Shown here: positions 52,545 to 64,000 of the stretch, piece after piece
How the letters are laid out: each line of letters starts with the position of its first letter
Numbering within the stretch: the stretch's first letter is position 1
Source of the DNA: Tubiluchus corallicola
Taxonomy: Eukaryota > Animalia > Priapulida
DNA: 64,000 bases
Assembly: GCA_030141605.1 (NCBI GenBank)
Contig: JAQGDQ010000649.1
Location: forward strand, 53,327-117,326
Reading direction: 5' to 3'
The notes under the pieces: model-generated
What the model was told of the DNA's origin: nothing
Databases searched by the model: none
The model's input: the letters and a program-made list of their open reading frames with translations, nothing else
Made by a program: the position numbers and the translations under genes

Positions 52545-55500
52545 TCATTTTTTTTCAAACTGCTTCTCCGCTTCTTTGAGTTTTCGCTGCATCATCTTGG
52601 CAGTGTCAGAAAAACCCGCACTGCCCTTTCCGAACGAATTTGGACCAGCTGAAGTCGGCGTTTGTCTGAAACAGATCATCAAGTTACTGTAGTAAATCAG
52701 ATTTGAATCTATTTAATCGTAAAAATGCCAGTGATTATTCATTGCACTGATTTGCAAAAGCCAACATAGAACTCAACAGCAAATATGTAGAAAACTTGAT
52801 TAGGTTGGGATGTTTCAGCAGAACATGTAGAAAGCAGTTCACTTTATTCATATTACAAAACTATTGGAAGTTAATTGCTAATTTCGTTTTCTCATGCAAA
52901 TTTCCTGTCAGATAAAATGCATCACTTTCTAAAAAAAATTGTTTTATCATAAGGACTAAAATTATAATTATTACTGATGCATCTGTAATGCCTGATAAAT
53001 GCTTAATAGTGTGGCACAAAATATGCAAAAAAAGCATAGTAATAAAATTATATTCAGGAAAATTTGAGAAAGAGATCCTTTGATTTTAACATTTTTGTTC
53101 GAACTTACTGCAAAAAATATGAAAGTGTCTTAAATGCCACTTAATTTAGTTTTATGCAAAATACGATAATGGATACATTCATGAGAATGGTCACACCTAC
53201 CTGCCTATATTTCTCATTCGCATCTTTGCTTCTTTTGGCATCTCTTCTTCTGACTGAAAAAATTGAAGACAGTACAGACGAAATATGAATAAGAAAACCA
53301 TGTCACATTGTTTACTACATTGTTCTAACAGCTCAAAGACTGGTTGTTAGCTGCATCTTTGCTGGTGTACAAAATAAAGAGGCTAGAAGATTATGGTGCT
53401 GACCTCTACAGCAAGAATTATGAAGTAAATTATAACTGAATCAAATTTGCTAGAAACTTACGTTGAAACTAGTATCAATTTTATAGAAAAAAGAACCTAG
53501 AATTTAAAATGATTATGATCTAAATTACTCAAATCACACAAAGACACGTCTATAGACATATCTAACTTTTAAGAATGTTTTTTTACATATTACGCATTCT
53601 TCCTATACATTACATGTTTCTATAATATACAAAAATACTTAATTTTGAACTTGTGTAACCGTGCACACTCAGATGGGTACAAAGTTTGGTTCTCAGAAAT
53701 GAAAAAAACAGGCATTGTATTAAATTAGCAGAGCTATAAAAAAATAACTGCACAATCCAATCAAGATGTGAATGTAATCCTCGCATGTGGAATCACGGGT
53801 TAGCTCAGCAAGGAACATGAATTTCAAGTTATAACCTTTACATTTATAGGCATTTGTATTTTACAGTCAATGGCACACAGCTGTGCTGCATTGCAATTTT
53901 CACTTTTACAAACTAACGTTTGTGAGAAATACACAGAAGATCCTTGCCCTTGGAAAATTGTATCCAGCAGTGACAGCACAGCTAGATGCATTTGTTGACT
54001 GCTAATTAAACTAAACCATAGCTAACATGTAATAATGATAAGCATGTTGGCATTTATTGCTGGTAATAAAATGGGTATTTTAGACTACCAGCTATGAGGA
54101 AAAAATCACCGTTTTGCATTTAAAAAAATACTAGCTTCATCTTCCACAGGCTTTATTCAAAAATAAATACAAAACTACAATATTGCCAGATAATATATTC
54201 TTAAAACATTATTAGCATTTACGTAGCACCCGAATGCAGATGCGCTTTGGGAAGTGCGGAATAGACAAGATTGGTTTATACTGTTTTCAATGCGTTCGTT
54301 TATGCAGCTTGCATTATGTGTTATTCTTTTCCTGCAGCTATTCCACAGGTCCGCATACACATCCGGCTGCTACGTAAATGCCACTTAATCCAGTTCTAGA
54401 ACAGCAATAACACGAACAAAAAAATAGAAGCTGTCAGAAAAATGAAAAGTCAAAAGTTCTTACATCACTTTCTTCACCAAATGCACTAGCAAGTTTTGAG
54501 GCAGACTTCTGTGCTGGTTCATCATCTTTCTGAAAAAACAAATAATAATCTATCACCAGTGTAATATTTTTACGAATACCCACAGTTATTAATAAGTTAA
54601 GATAGAAACTCTGCACCAAAATTTTATTGAAAAAAACCTCTTACATTTTTCACGGTAACAGATGCCAAAGCTCAGAAATACATACCAACAGCAGAAGGAA
54701 TATAGGTATTTTGCATACTGTTCACTTTGTTTCAAACTGTTTTCATAACTTAATTTTTATCTAGTAACAAAAAGCAAACGGCACCGACAAAAAAAAAACA
54801 AAAGCCAAAATGGTAAGACATGAAAAAATGAAACTAATCAAAAGACAGGTTCAAGAATTGCTCACCAAATGTTATGCAACTTGAATCTACGAAGGCTAAA
54901 GAAATCATGAGTCAAATAAACTTTTAGTTTTATGACTATTTATGTTAGCATAGAATCACATTCGGATGTTGAAGCATGATATAACGGGTAATCAGAGTTA
55001 AGTTTTAAGCATTCTGTTAGATAAAAGCACACAGCTTTTAGAACCTGTTTTTTTATCGTTTACAATCTTCTAGGTTAACTGACAACCATCGTGCAAAGTG
55101 TACAATCTTCTAGGTTAACTGACAAACATCATGCAAAGTGTAAAATCTTCTAGGTGAACTGACAAACGTCGTGCAAAGTGAAAAATCTTTCAGGTTAACT
55201 GACAAACATCGTGCAAAGTGTACAGTCTTCTAGGTTAACTGATAAACATCGTGCAAAGTGTACAATCTTTTAGGTTAACTGACAAACATCGTGCTAAGTG
55301 TACAATCTTCTAGGTTAACTAACAACCATCGCGCAAAGTTTTACTTCGCAACATTAAAAGAAGGTTTAAAAGAAACATAAAAATTAAGTCACGTACAATA
55401 ACTGAAAGATACCTGTACTGTGCTACCAGTAGACAGTTTTATTGAAATCCCGCCACTAGCTGTTTTCTTATTTCGAAATATCGGAATACTTTTGTGTTGT

Positions 55501-56497
55501 CCCGAAGATGTGCTTACAGGCAAATTGCCATTGGTATTGTCTTCTTCATCATGTTTGCGTTTCTCGCCATGTTTCTGCTTGCCTGCAGTTGAATCTTTTT
55601 GACGAGGCCGTGACTCTCCTACCCTGGATGTAACTCTTGCGCTATAGCCTGGGTAAGGTGAAATACTGGCAAAATTGAAACAATGATCACAATAGGCTCA
55701 ACTGCATAGAAAAGTCGGTAATACGATGTCAACTAGGAAATATTAACATGCTATTTTTCGGGTAGAAACTCACAGTTCAATAAGAAAAAAACCATTTTTC
55801 CCATCTCATTATCGATTGCCATCAAAGTAAACAAATTAGAGTTTCTGAAGCCAGTTTATATTTGGTCCCCAAGTAGGGTTACCATACGTCCGGGTTTCCC
55901 CGGACACGTGCTCTTTTCGGGCCTCTGTCCGGGCTGGTTTTCAAAAAATCGGCAGTTTGTCAGGGTTTTATCTCAATCCGTAAGTATGTACGGACGTTGC
56001 CAATTGCAGAGGCGTACGAAACAGTACAAGACAAAGAAAAGCTCGTATTCGCTAACAACTTAAAATGAAGTCAGCTCCCGGGAGCCATTTTGTATGTTTT
56101 TATATGAATTTCTTTAAATTTGTATAGTTTTGCTGTTTTGAGCAACTGGTAAAAGTTAATTAGAAACTAGCAATGCCGAAATGACAATGTGCATTTACAG
56201 ATGAAATGAAGGTCAAGTACCCGGGTTTTCTGTTGCCCATTTTTCAAAAAGTGTCCTCTTTTTTAACTCAGACAATATAGTAACCCTACCCCAAGTGTTT
56301 AATTGTAAATACACTGAATCAGTTTCCATTAGAACAATACATTATTTAAACCTGGCTAGTACATGTCTGTATTACCCCAGTGATCAAGTCTAATTTAGAT
56401 CATCTAATGAAAAGTTTTACAAATAATCAATAAGGTAGACCGATTTACCAGTGTCTTTATAATCACGAAGTGGTGAACATCCATCTTCCGATGCCAT
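52545..56497 (-). CDS. PCNP: PEST proteolytic signal-containing nuclear protein, about 174 aa, 5 coding exons
   Basis: Exons (minus): 56449-56497, 55413-55648, 54464-54529, 53201-53253, 52545-52665. The diagnostic stretch is GISIKL...[48 protein letters not shown]. The first exon is less certain. Confidence 0.9.
55061..55339. repeat. 40-bp minisatellite, 7 copies
   Basis: TACAATCTTCTAGGTTAACTGACAAACATCGTGCAAAGTG. Confidence 0.93.
55874..56288. mobile_element. hAT-like (Blackjack-type termini) MITE in PCNP intron 1
   Basis: TAGGGTTACCATA...TATAGTAACCCTA, flanked by direct CCCCAAG on both sides. Confidence 0.8.
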
Positions 56498-59400
56498 TGC
56501 TGATTTATACAAAAATGCTTCAATAAGTCCTAATGTTATTTAGAATATTTTTATTAGGTGACAGTAGTGCAACCGTGTTGTGCCCGACCTGCAAAACATA
56601 ATTTAATTTTAAGCTAAAAGAACAAGCATTCGCAAACATATATCCTACATTTGAAAAGCGTGACTGTTTTGGATGTACGGTTTACTTGCATCAGTGGTCA
56701 AGTTGCATGTTATGACTACATCCATATGTAAGGCGGCATTTATCGCACTAGCCCATACACTGCAGTTGCATATCGCAAACTTATACTGATGATGGCCATG
56801 TTAAAAAAATTAAAATCATTACAAAAAATTGTCATATTAAGCTAAACTTTTTATATCCCATTTACACATATGGCTATAACTAAACAATTCATACATTAAC
56901 CGATTTGCTCAGTTTTTCTGAAGCCTGTGTATGCCCCTATTATTTATTATTTCAATGCAACACAAATCACATTTACTTTTATTTTGTAACACATTATATG
57001 AAAGTGCATTGTTAATTCAGTTAAATATTTTGCACCAGAGTTGGCTCAGAATTAATGATATTTTATTTTATGAAATCTATAATTATATTGCATACTAAAT
57101 TTATTTCATTAATATTTTAAATTATATTGATATTTCAAATTATTATTATTATTATTAAATAAAAAGGAGAACGGATAGTGCCACTAAGGTAAATTCGACT
57201 CAAACTCTGCTGCAGGATTTGGGCTAACCCGGTAAATGGCTCTCAACACCATAATCTTTTATTGACTGAATGAGTTTGTAAACTGCCATTATTATTTTCC
57301 GAATAAAATTTACGAACTACGATTTATTTGTTACTTACATAAAACACCAACGAGATTCAAAATTGTTTATTTCAAAATAAAGAAAGTAAAATAAATGTTC
57401 TATGTCTATGTAACTAGTTAAGTTATAAGTACATTCATTATTAGCAGCTCTGTGGAGTTCACCTTATTTTTGACGTGTCGAAAATCATTAAAATTATCAA
57501 AATAAGGAAGTTTGCATAGATGAAACCTTTGATTAACAACGCATGTGCAAGTAATGCTTCCATTCACCTGTGATTTCCTGATTTTTCATGCCCTTCTCAA
57601 CCGGTGTTGGCAACCGATAAACGTTTACAACGGCTTTTGAACCCCTCATCATATTCAGTCATATCCCACCTGTCATAATTTTTCTGTAGCACAAATAATC
57701 TTGTACAAACTTTATACAATATTTAACTGTGATCTTTGTGTCAGTATACTATTATTTTAATATTTGTCTACAAAAATAACTTCGCATAAAGCCTATTATG
57801 GCTTCTTTTTTTGCTTTACGTAGCATTTGACATGTATATTACATTGCTTTGCTAATGTACATCGTATGTATTTGTGCAAATAAAATTGAATTTATGCTTT
57901 CAACTGCTTTTCACTACTACATTCACTTAAAAGCTGTTGTATCATCAATTGAAACATCCACAGCATAAACGGCTTTGATTTTATCATAATAAAAACAAAT
58001 GCTTTGTAGCGTCTTAGTGTCTTGCTCCTCTCACACATTGGAAGAAATGTAATGAATTTTGTGAATGATGTCTTGTAATTTAATTTAACATTCACCATAT
58101 TTAGTGCCTTAATATTTTAATATTAAGATTTTTTAATATTTTAATATCTTAATTTTTTTAAAATCTAGTTTTACTTCTACTTCTAGGGATTTTAGTTTTG
58201 TTGCATACTCCTTAAGACCGCATTTTATTTTCTCTAAGAAATCCTAACTTTGTGCTTGTATCGACTATTCTCTTACATGCAGTTTGTATTTCACTTACAA
58301 TTATCTTTTGCAATAAAAATCGCCCTTCTATTTTCCATTAGCATTTATTTTTAGCATTGATTTCTGTAGCATGTGCAATGTTCAATCTATGAGAAAAACA
58401 GCTGTTGTGTGGCTGTAGCGTGCTGTCATCTAGGTGATTATAGATCATCGACTTTATTATAACTCCGACTTTTTACTAAACCAAAAGTCGTTAATTATGT
58501 ATTTTTAGAAAATCATGGATGAATGATTTATTTGTATAGCGTATTATAAACCTTAGCAGTTTGATAAAAAAAATTCAAATTCATGAGATACATTGAAATT
58601 TAAAATACATTAAGAAAACAAAAATTGATTTATCATAAAAAGTACATTAATTCTAAACGAATGTGTTTTAAGATGAACATATATATACTAGTATCGATCC
58701 TCACCTATTAATGCCTACAATGTTCTTGCTGAACGTATGTCATATATCATTACAGTGATCAACTGATTATACGTTATACGTTATACTGATATATACATTA
58801 TTATAAGGATACCAATATTAAAGCCATGACAAGTATCAACAACTGATGGGGTGGCTGCAAAGGTGAGCTAAAGATGTCATTTAGAAGAATGTGCTGTGCT
58901 TGCAGCATGTACAACAACAGGTAAGCTATTCCAGAGACGTTATTACATCATCAATTATAGCAATATTAACTATAATGATGCAACTATATGTACATTATGC
59001 ACAGTACATGTGTACGTGTATATGGCGCATACTAAGTCTTATGAGTACAAAAATTAGTAATTATTTCTAGGCTACTGTAATTCATTTAGGTTTTATATCT
59101 CCGTCTTTGATAGTGAACTTTGTAAATTATAATAAAACAATTTGAATAAAAAACAACGAGGGTGAACGTGTCCCATATTGTGGCTCTGGCAGACGCACAA
59201 AAAGTCAAAAACTACTGAGGTTTAGTGTTCAGCGCATTGTCTGCCGACTGTCAAGTGAGTCTTGGTGAGTGTAGTTTATTGAAAGGTGATCTTCCCAGGT
59301 GGTAATTGCACTACTGATGGTTCCCTTGGCATTACACGAATTGCACCAGAGTTTCGTGTATACTCGTGTTTCACTCACCATTTCTCTTCAGCTTCCTTAC

Positions 59401-59762
59401 CATTGTAATGATTGTTTGCTTACCTTAGGTGTCTAATTTTAAAAATCTCAAGTGTAAGCGACCACAATTGAGCTATGATAGTACACTCGTTTAAAAATTA
59501 AAATATTAACCTTTGGTGTTGTGTAGCATAGTATTCATTGTGAACAGTTCTTGTCCGCCAAGTTTAATTTATTTAGCATGATTTTAATTTTATTAAATGG
59601 TAAAGACCATTTTTGCATTTTGTACACTAGTAACTACATATGCCTGAATTACTCTCTGTACTTATTACACTATATGGTTATGTAGTAGTTTAATTAGCAC
59701 TTTGCACTAATAAGTAATAATATGTTGTGTGATTATACGATTGCTCAAGCCTTTATGTTTAG

Positions 59763-59842
59763 ATGGCTGCAGAAGAGGGAGCACCAGAATCAGAAGCTGC
59801 ATTTCAAACATTTTACACAGAGGTAAATAAGACATATAAAGT

Positions 59843-59876
<34 letters not shown>

Positions 59877-62800
59877 TGTTCCCTTGCTTCTTCGCGGTTT
59901 GTTTATCGCGGATTGCTGTTTCGCGGGTTTTCAAAAATGTTAATGTAAATGTTTATCGCGGTTTTGCGGATTTTTGTGGTTCTCTGTCTAAAGTATTTTT
60001 GCACATGCGTAGTACGTATTGTACAGTAATGTATAGATTTGATGAATTTTGCATAAAAAAATCACAAAATGTATAAAAATATGTTAAAAATATAAACTCT
60101 AACATTAAAAGAATATTATAAATCATAAAAAATTACCATTTACAGTAAATAGTGTATTTATTCAGTGAATGAATACACACCAAAAACGAAATGTAGTACT
60201 TGCACCCGCTTGAGATGCTACTAGCTGTAGGATGTATCCACAATGCTGAGTACTCATATCAAATTTTAAAAGGTACATGTACAGTATGGGAAAAGTTATT
60301 AAGGGAATGAGAAAGCGTTATAAGAGTGTGGGGAGTGTTTATAAAGACTTAAAATAATGTGTAACTACTAAAATAAGTATAGCGTCCCTACTTTGCGGAA
60401 ATTCACTTATCGGGGCTGGGCCTGGAACGGAACACCCGCTATAAGTGAGGGAACACTGTACTCTGAGATACAATTTGTAGCGAATTTACCATGGTCAATG
60501 AATGAATGAAGTTTATTTTATACGGCTTTTATACTTAAAGTTCTAGTGTAACAAAAAATGCTGGTAGACAAATGTGGAATTTGTTAATGATAGTGGTATA
60601 GATATGGGATTCGCTTCGCTTATTACATTCGTTTACGTTTCAGGTGAAACAAATTGAAGCAGCTGATTCAGTACTTACTTCTGCACAGCAGATCGATCGC
60701 TTGCTTAGGCCTGGTTCTACGTATTTTAACCTCAACCCATTTGAGGTAATAATTAACAAACATCAATGTATTAATGTGCAGAAGAACCTGATTGGTTTCT
60801 GTTGTTACACATTTGTTGTTACACATTTGTTACTCATTTGTTGTTATACATTTGTTACACATTTGTTGTTACTTATTTGTTGTTACACATTTGTTGTTAA
60901 CATTTGTTGTTACACATTTGTTACTCATTTGTTGTTACACATTTGTTACTCATTTGTTGTTACACATTTGTTGTTACACATTTGTTACTCATTTGTTGTT
61001 ACACATTTGTTACTCATTTGTTGTTATACTTTTGTTACTCACATTTGTTACTCATTTGTTGTTACACATTTGTTACTCATTTGTTGTTATACATTTGCGA
61101 CAGGACTATATTCTAACTAATTATCAAGGATGATTGTGAAAGGTGATTTGATGAGTCGTCAAAACAGTAGAGGTGATTTAAACTTACAAAAATATACATC
61201 AGCTCTCAAACTAGTTAAACGACCGGAGAAGGTGTTCCGGGTGACCACCAATTTGTTTACTGACCATTTCTTAACTTTGGTCACTGGGCACATGCTGAAA
61301 TCATTAGGCATCTCCTGTTACACTAGGTATTTATTGAATGCATTTGTGAATTTTTTGACTTTAATGATTTGATATTTCAGGTTTTGAGAGCTGATCCCGA
61401 TGTTCCCATACCTGAGCTGAAGAAAATGTACAGAAAGGTAGTTATAAAAATTTCCAGAAATTTTATGATTATACAAAAATCGTACAAAAAATTATCGTTA
61501 AAAGTAAAGTGCAGCACTTTACCAGGTGGACTAGTGGTTGTGTGCAGATATGAATTGCTTGAAGATCAAATTAGTGACTGGTAGTCTAACAGAGAGGTTC
61601 CATTTTCCTCTACTCACATTAGTTTATTAACAACAGGAAATAATCCATCTTTTGTTTGCTTGGAGAGCTGTATTTCACATGCTATTACATTAATTCTTAC
61701 CTGCTGCTGGACTTGCAGTCATAATCCAAGAGATTACCGCATAATAAAAATATACACACACGCAGAAGTTATTAATAGTAGAGTTACATATGTAACAAGA
61801 AAGGGTACACCATATTTACTGCTTTAAACATCTACACAACACTTTTATGAACTTCTAAATTACTTTCACATGAAAAAATCATAAAAACTGTACAGTGTCA
61901 GAAGTGGCGTTTATTTTGGTTATAGCACTTTGCTTAATTTAATCAGGCCTACTAAGTGGGGATCACTACTGTAGTTCTTCTGCAAATCAGTGTTTGCTGG
62001 CAACTTCAGTTAAACGGCTGTGAGATAATGAAGATGGCTTGAGTATTTTTCAATTTAGGCTTATTTTAACAGTAAAAGTTCCGCTTATTCAGTTAACACA
62101 GGTTGTTTTTATTACAGCTTTCAGTTAAACGGCTGTGAGATAATGAAGATGGCTTGAGTATTGTTCAATTCAGGCTTATTTTAACAGTAAAAGTTTCGCT
62201 TATTCAGTTAACACATGTTGTTTTTGTTACAGCTCTCTATATTGGTTCATCCTGACAAGAACCAAGATGACCAAGAGCGGGCACAAAAAGCATTTGATAG
62301 TATGTATTTAACTAAGCATTTGATAGTACGTATTTAACTAAGCATTTGATAGTACGTATTAAACTAAGCATTTGATAGTATGTATTTAACTAAGCATTTG
62401 ATAGTATGTATTTAACTAAGCATTTGATAGTATGTATTTAACTAAGCATTTGATAGTACGTATTTAACTAAGCATTTGATAGTACGTATTTAACTAAGCA
62501 TTTGATAGTACGTATTTAACTAAGCATTTGATAGTACGTATTTAACTAAGCATTTGATAGTACGTATTTAACTAAGCATTTGATAGTACGTATTTAACTA
62601 AGCATTTGATAGTACGTATTTAACTAAGCATTTGATAGTACGTATTTAACTAAGCATTTGATAGTATGTATTTAACTAAGCATTTGATAGTACGTATTTA
62701 ACTAAGCATTTGATAGTACGTATTAAACTAAGCATTTGATAGTACAGTATTTAACTAAGCATTTGATAGTACGTATTAAACTAAGCATTTGATAGTACGT

Positions 62801-63976
62801 ATTTAACTAAGCATTTGATAGTACGTATTTAACTAAGCATTTGATAGTACGTCTTTAACTAAGCATTTGATAGTACGTATTTAACTAAGCATTTGATAGT
62901 ACGTATTTAACTAAACATTTGATAGTACGTATTTAACTAAGCATTTGATAGTACGTATTTAACTAAGCATTTGATAGTACGTATTTAACTAAGCATTTGA
63001 TAGTACGTATTTAACTAAGCATTTGATAGTATGTATTTAACTAAGCATTTGATAGTACGTATTTAACTAAACATTTGATAGTACGTATTTAACTAAGCAT
63101 TTGATAGTACGTATTTAACTAAACATTTGATAGTATGTATTTAATTAAGCATTTGATAGTACGTATTTAACTAAGCATTTGATAGTACGTATTTAACTAA
63201 ACATTTGATAGTACGTATTTAACTAAACATTTGATAGTATGTATTTAACTATTTAGCCAACATTGTTTCTCATGTTCAGTTTCATTATCAACTTGTGCTT
63301 GTGCAATTTTCACATCATACAAAATTACAATTTAAAATTATATTTTTAGATAGATAAGAACATGATTTAAATTATAATTTTAGCTAATTTGTGTTACATT
63401 TATTTAACAAGCTTGAACAGTCGTGATAGAATGAATCTACAGCTATTAAATTTTTGAAACAAGCTTGACCAAAAGGAAGGTCAATGTTGTCTCATAATCA
63501 ATTGTTTATTTACAGATTATATCTGGTTATTGATTAAAGGAAAACTCTTGGATCGAGCAACCGTCAGTGCATTTTAATATACAATTAAAAATATTGAAAT
63601 TACCACATAGTACCTGAAATGTATTGATTGGAATTACAAAAAAATAAAGTTATAATCACTCTCGTCTAAATTTTTGGTTTGTTTTTTGAACTCTTAAGAA
63701 TGACTTCAAATCTGTCTGGATCAGTAGGAGCTCTATATAGGTCTAAGATGCTGAGCTTTTAATGTAAAAAAACCCATTTCAAATCGTGTCTTTCAACTCA
63801 ATGAATTGTGTTGTTGTTTATTCGTTAATTGATAATGTTGAGTGTTTTGTGTTATTGTTGTGCTATTATTATTTACTATAGTTGTGAATAGAGCTTGGAA
63901 AACACTTGAAAATGAAGAACTGTACAAGCGATGCAAAGCCATCATTCAGGAAGCAAAAGACATGACTGCCCACATG
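59763..63976 (+). CDS. DNAJC8: DnaJ homolog subfamily C member 8, 5' part (continues beyond window)
   Basis: Exons: 59763-59822 (..AFQTFYTE), 60644-60745 (VKQIE..VLTSAQQIDRLLRPGSTYFNLNPFE), 61381-61437, 62233-62299 (LSILVHPDKNQDDQERAQKAFD, J-domain HPD), 63882-63976. Confidence 0.93.
59874..60458. mobile_element. pogo/Tc1-mariner-like MITE next to a (TA)n tract in the intron after DNAJC8 coding exon 1
   Basis: TA-CAGTGTTCCCT...AGGGAACACTG-TA with subterminal TCGCGG repeats. Confidence 0.8.
60799..61097. repeat. TTGTTACACATT-type low-complexity minisatellite
   Basis: Direct reading; intron after DNAJC8 coding exon 2. Confidence 0.9.
62004..62233 (+). repeat. 115-bp tandem duplication that includes the DNAJC8 exon 4 acceptor
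   Basis: TTCAGTTAAACGGCTG starts at 62005 and 62120; both copies end TTGTTTTT(A/G)TTACAG. Confidence 0.92.
62288..63250 (+). repeat. 26-bp minisatellite AAGCATTTGATAGTA(C/T)GTATTTAACT, about 37 copies, beginning inside DNAJC8 exon 4
   Basis: Direct reading; unit is the last 12 exon nt plus the first 14 intron nt. Confidence 0.95.
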
Positions 63977-64000
63977 GTAACGTGTTATATTACTTCTCAT

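Noticed and set aside
1-64000. Autonomous transposase, reverse transcriptase, rRNA or intact tRNA genes
   Set aside because: No ORF with DDE, RT or Rep-Hel motifs, and no intact cloverleaf or rRNA-like segment was seen.

Overview
AT-rich, intron-rich animal (invertebrate-like) nuclear DNA. I reconstructed five spliced genes by hand from GT-AG boundaries with consistent intron phases: a TspanC8/TSPAN33-like tetraspanin (minus, 7 exons), an AGPAT3/4-type acyltransferase (plus, 9 exons), a SASH1-like SH3-SAM-SAM adaptor (plus, 11 exons), PCNP (minus, 5 exons) and the first five coding exons of DNAJC8 (plus, runs off the window). Introns and intergenic DNA carry many non-autonomous DNA transposons (Kolobok-like, piggyBac-like, pogo/Tc1-like and hAT-like MITEs) and many unrelated minisatellites, which account for most long ORFs in the supplied track. 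The most unusual signal is tandem amplification of splice signals. DNAJC8 coding exon 4 has its exon/5' splice-site junction repeated about 37 times and its 3' splice-site region duplicated. A 48-nt tetraspanin exon sits among four satellites, including an acceptor-like array and a 48-bp nested-hairpin array. No database searches were run; family assignments come from recognised motifs, and copy numbers are span divided by unit length.
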